7,215 bases of DNA from Fonticula alba ATCC 38817 (lineage: Eukaryota; Protista; Nucleariida). The stretch lies in NCBI GenBank assembly GCA_000388065.2, contig KB932206.1. One strand, 5' to 3'. This document shows positions 6,588 to 7,215 of this stretch, piece after piece. Position numbers and translations under genes: made by a program. Positions within the stretch are counted from its first letter, which is position 1, and each line of letters opens with the position of its first letter. The notes below the pieces were generated by a model, which worked only from the letters and a program-made list of their open reading frames with translations, was not told where the DNA came from and did no database searches.

Positions 6588-6943
6588 CCCCGCCGGTCTG
6601 TCGTCTTGCCGGCCGGCCGGCCAGCCGGCATCAACGCCGCGCTGGGCCCACCTTTCCCTCCGGGCCTCCCCCCCCCCTCCCCCCGCCCTGTCTGTCTCGT
6701 TCTCCCTCCGGGCCTGGCCCCGGGGGTGCGTCCTCTGCGCAGGGGGGGGGGAGAATAAGGGCTCGGGGCGCGGGCGAGGCTACGCCCGCCTGGACGTGCC
6801 CGTCACCCCCTTCCCCCGATTCTCCCTCTCCCCCCCCCCCCCTCTCCTGTGCTCCTTCCGCTCATTCTCCTCCTCCCTCTCCCCCGTCCCTCCCCCGCCT
6901 CTCCGCTCAACTTCCCCGCCCCACCCTCTCCCACTGCTTTGCA

Positions 6944-7177
6944 ATGGCCTCGTCTGGCGTCCTCAGTGGCGACCTTTCGGTCGGGGACCGTGTTGTCCCG
7001 GGCACCGTGCTGGCCGCGACGGCCGGCGCGCGCGCCGGGCGCGGGACCTTCGTCCGCACCCTCTCGCAGGAGGCCGGCGCCAGCGGCACCGAGCAGCTCC
7101 GCGTTACTGGGTCCATTTGCGCCTCTTGCATCGGGGTCATCCATCTGACGGATCCCGAGCCGCAGGACGCCGACCAG
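6944..7177 (+). CDS. CSL4: Probable exosome cap subunit Csl4/EXOSC1, first coding exon (78 codons). Intron starts at 7178 and runs off the window
   Basis: This ORF is absent from the supplied track because it has no stop inside the window. It reads MASSGVLSGDLSVGDRVVPGTVLAATAGARAGRGTFVRTLSQEAGASGTEQLRVTGSICASCIGVIHLTDPEPQDADQ. The pattern VxPG...xGxGT(Y/F)xR...I.AS..G matches the Csl4/Rrp4 N-terminal domain, and lack of the Rrp4 GHGT signature favours Csl4. It ends at CAG|GTGCGC, the local donor consensus, and is preceded by a C/T-rich leader like the other genes. Confidence 0.68.
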
Positions 7178-7215
7178 GTGCGCGCAAGCACCCGCATGCA
7201 CGCATGCATGCGTCC

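Noticed and set aside
6726-6742. GTGCGT...GCAG mini-intron candidate
   Set aside because: At 17 nt it has no room for a branch site and is far shorter than every supported intron (85-211 nt).
5841-6758. ORFs of 305 and 262 aa spanning the N run
   Set aside because: Artefacts of translating the assembly gap.
1-7215. The four genes as a functional cluster or novel system; CRISPR, transposon or viral elements
   Set aside because: The products act in unrelated pathways (COPI traffic, Smc5/6 sumoylation, mitochondrial import, RNA exosome). No spaced direct-repeat array, terminal repeats with target-site duplication, transposase or reverse transcriptase motif is visible. The 582-nt gap cannot be assessed.

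Overview
Eukaryotic, GC-rich, intron-containing genomic DNA from a microbial eukaryote. The CTRAC-type branch points are opisthokont/fungal-like, but the species cannot be established from the sequence. Four housekeeping genes alternate in orientation (-,+,-,+): (1) the first two coding exons of coatomer alpha (alpha-COP), running off the left edge; (2) a complete 5-exon, ~238-aa SP-RING protein most like the Smc5/6 SUMO ligase Nse2/Mms21; (3) a complete 5-exon, 609-aa mitochondrial processing peptidase alpha subunit; (4) after a 582-nt scaffold gap, the first exon of a probable exosome cap subunit Csl4. I rebuilt all exon chains by hand and they stay in frame through GT-AG introns. I see no mobile element, CRISPR array, RNA gene or novel gene cluster, so the protein content is ordinary. 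The features worth a second look concern splicing and RNA structure: equal-length, mutually complementary (TG)17/(CA)17 tracts bracketing exon 2 of alpha-MPP; a donor consensus with C at +4 in 11/11 inferred donors; and two consecutive NSE2 introns with the same skipped, branch-proximal CAG. These are hypotheses from sequence alone.
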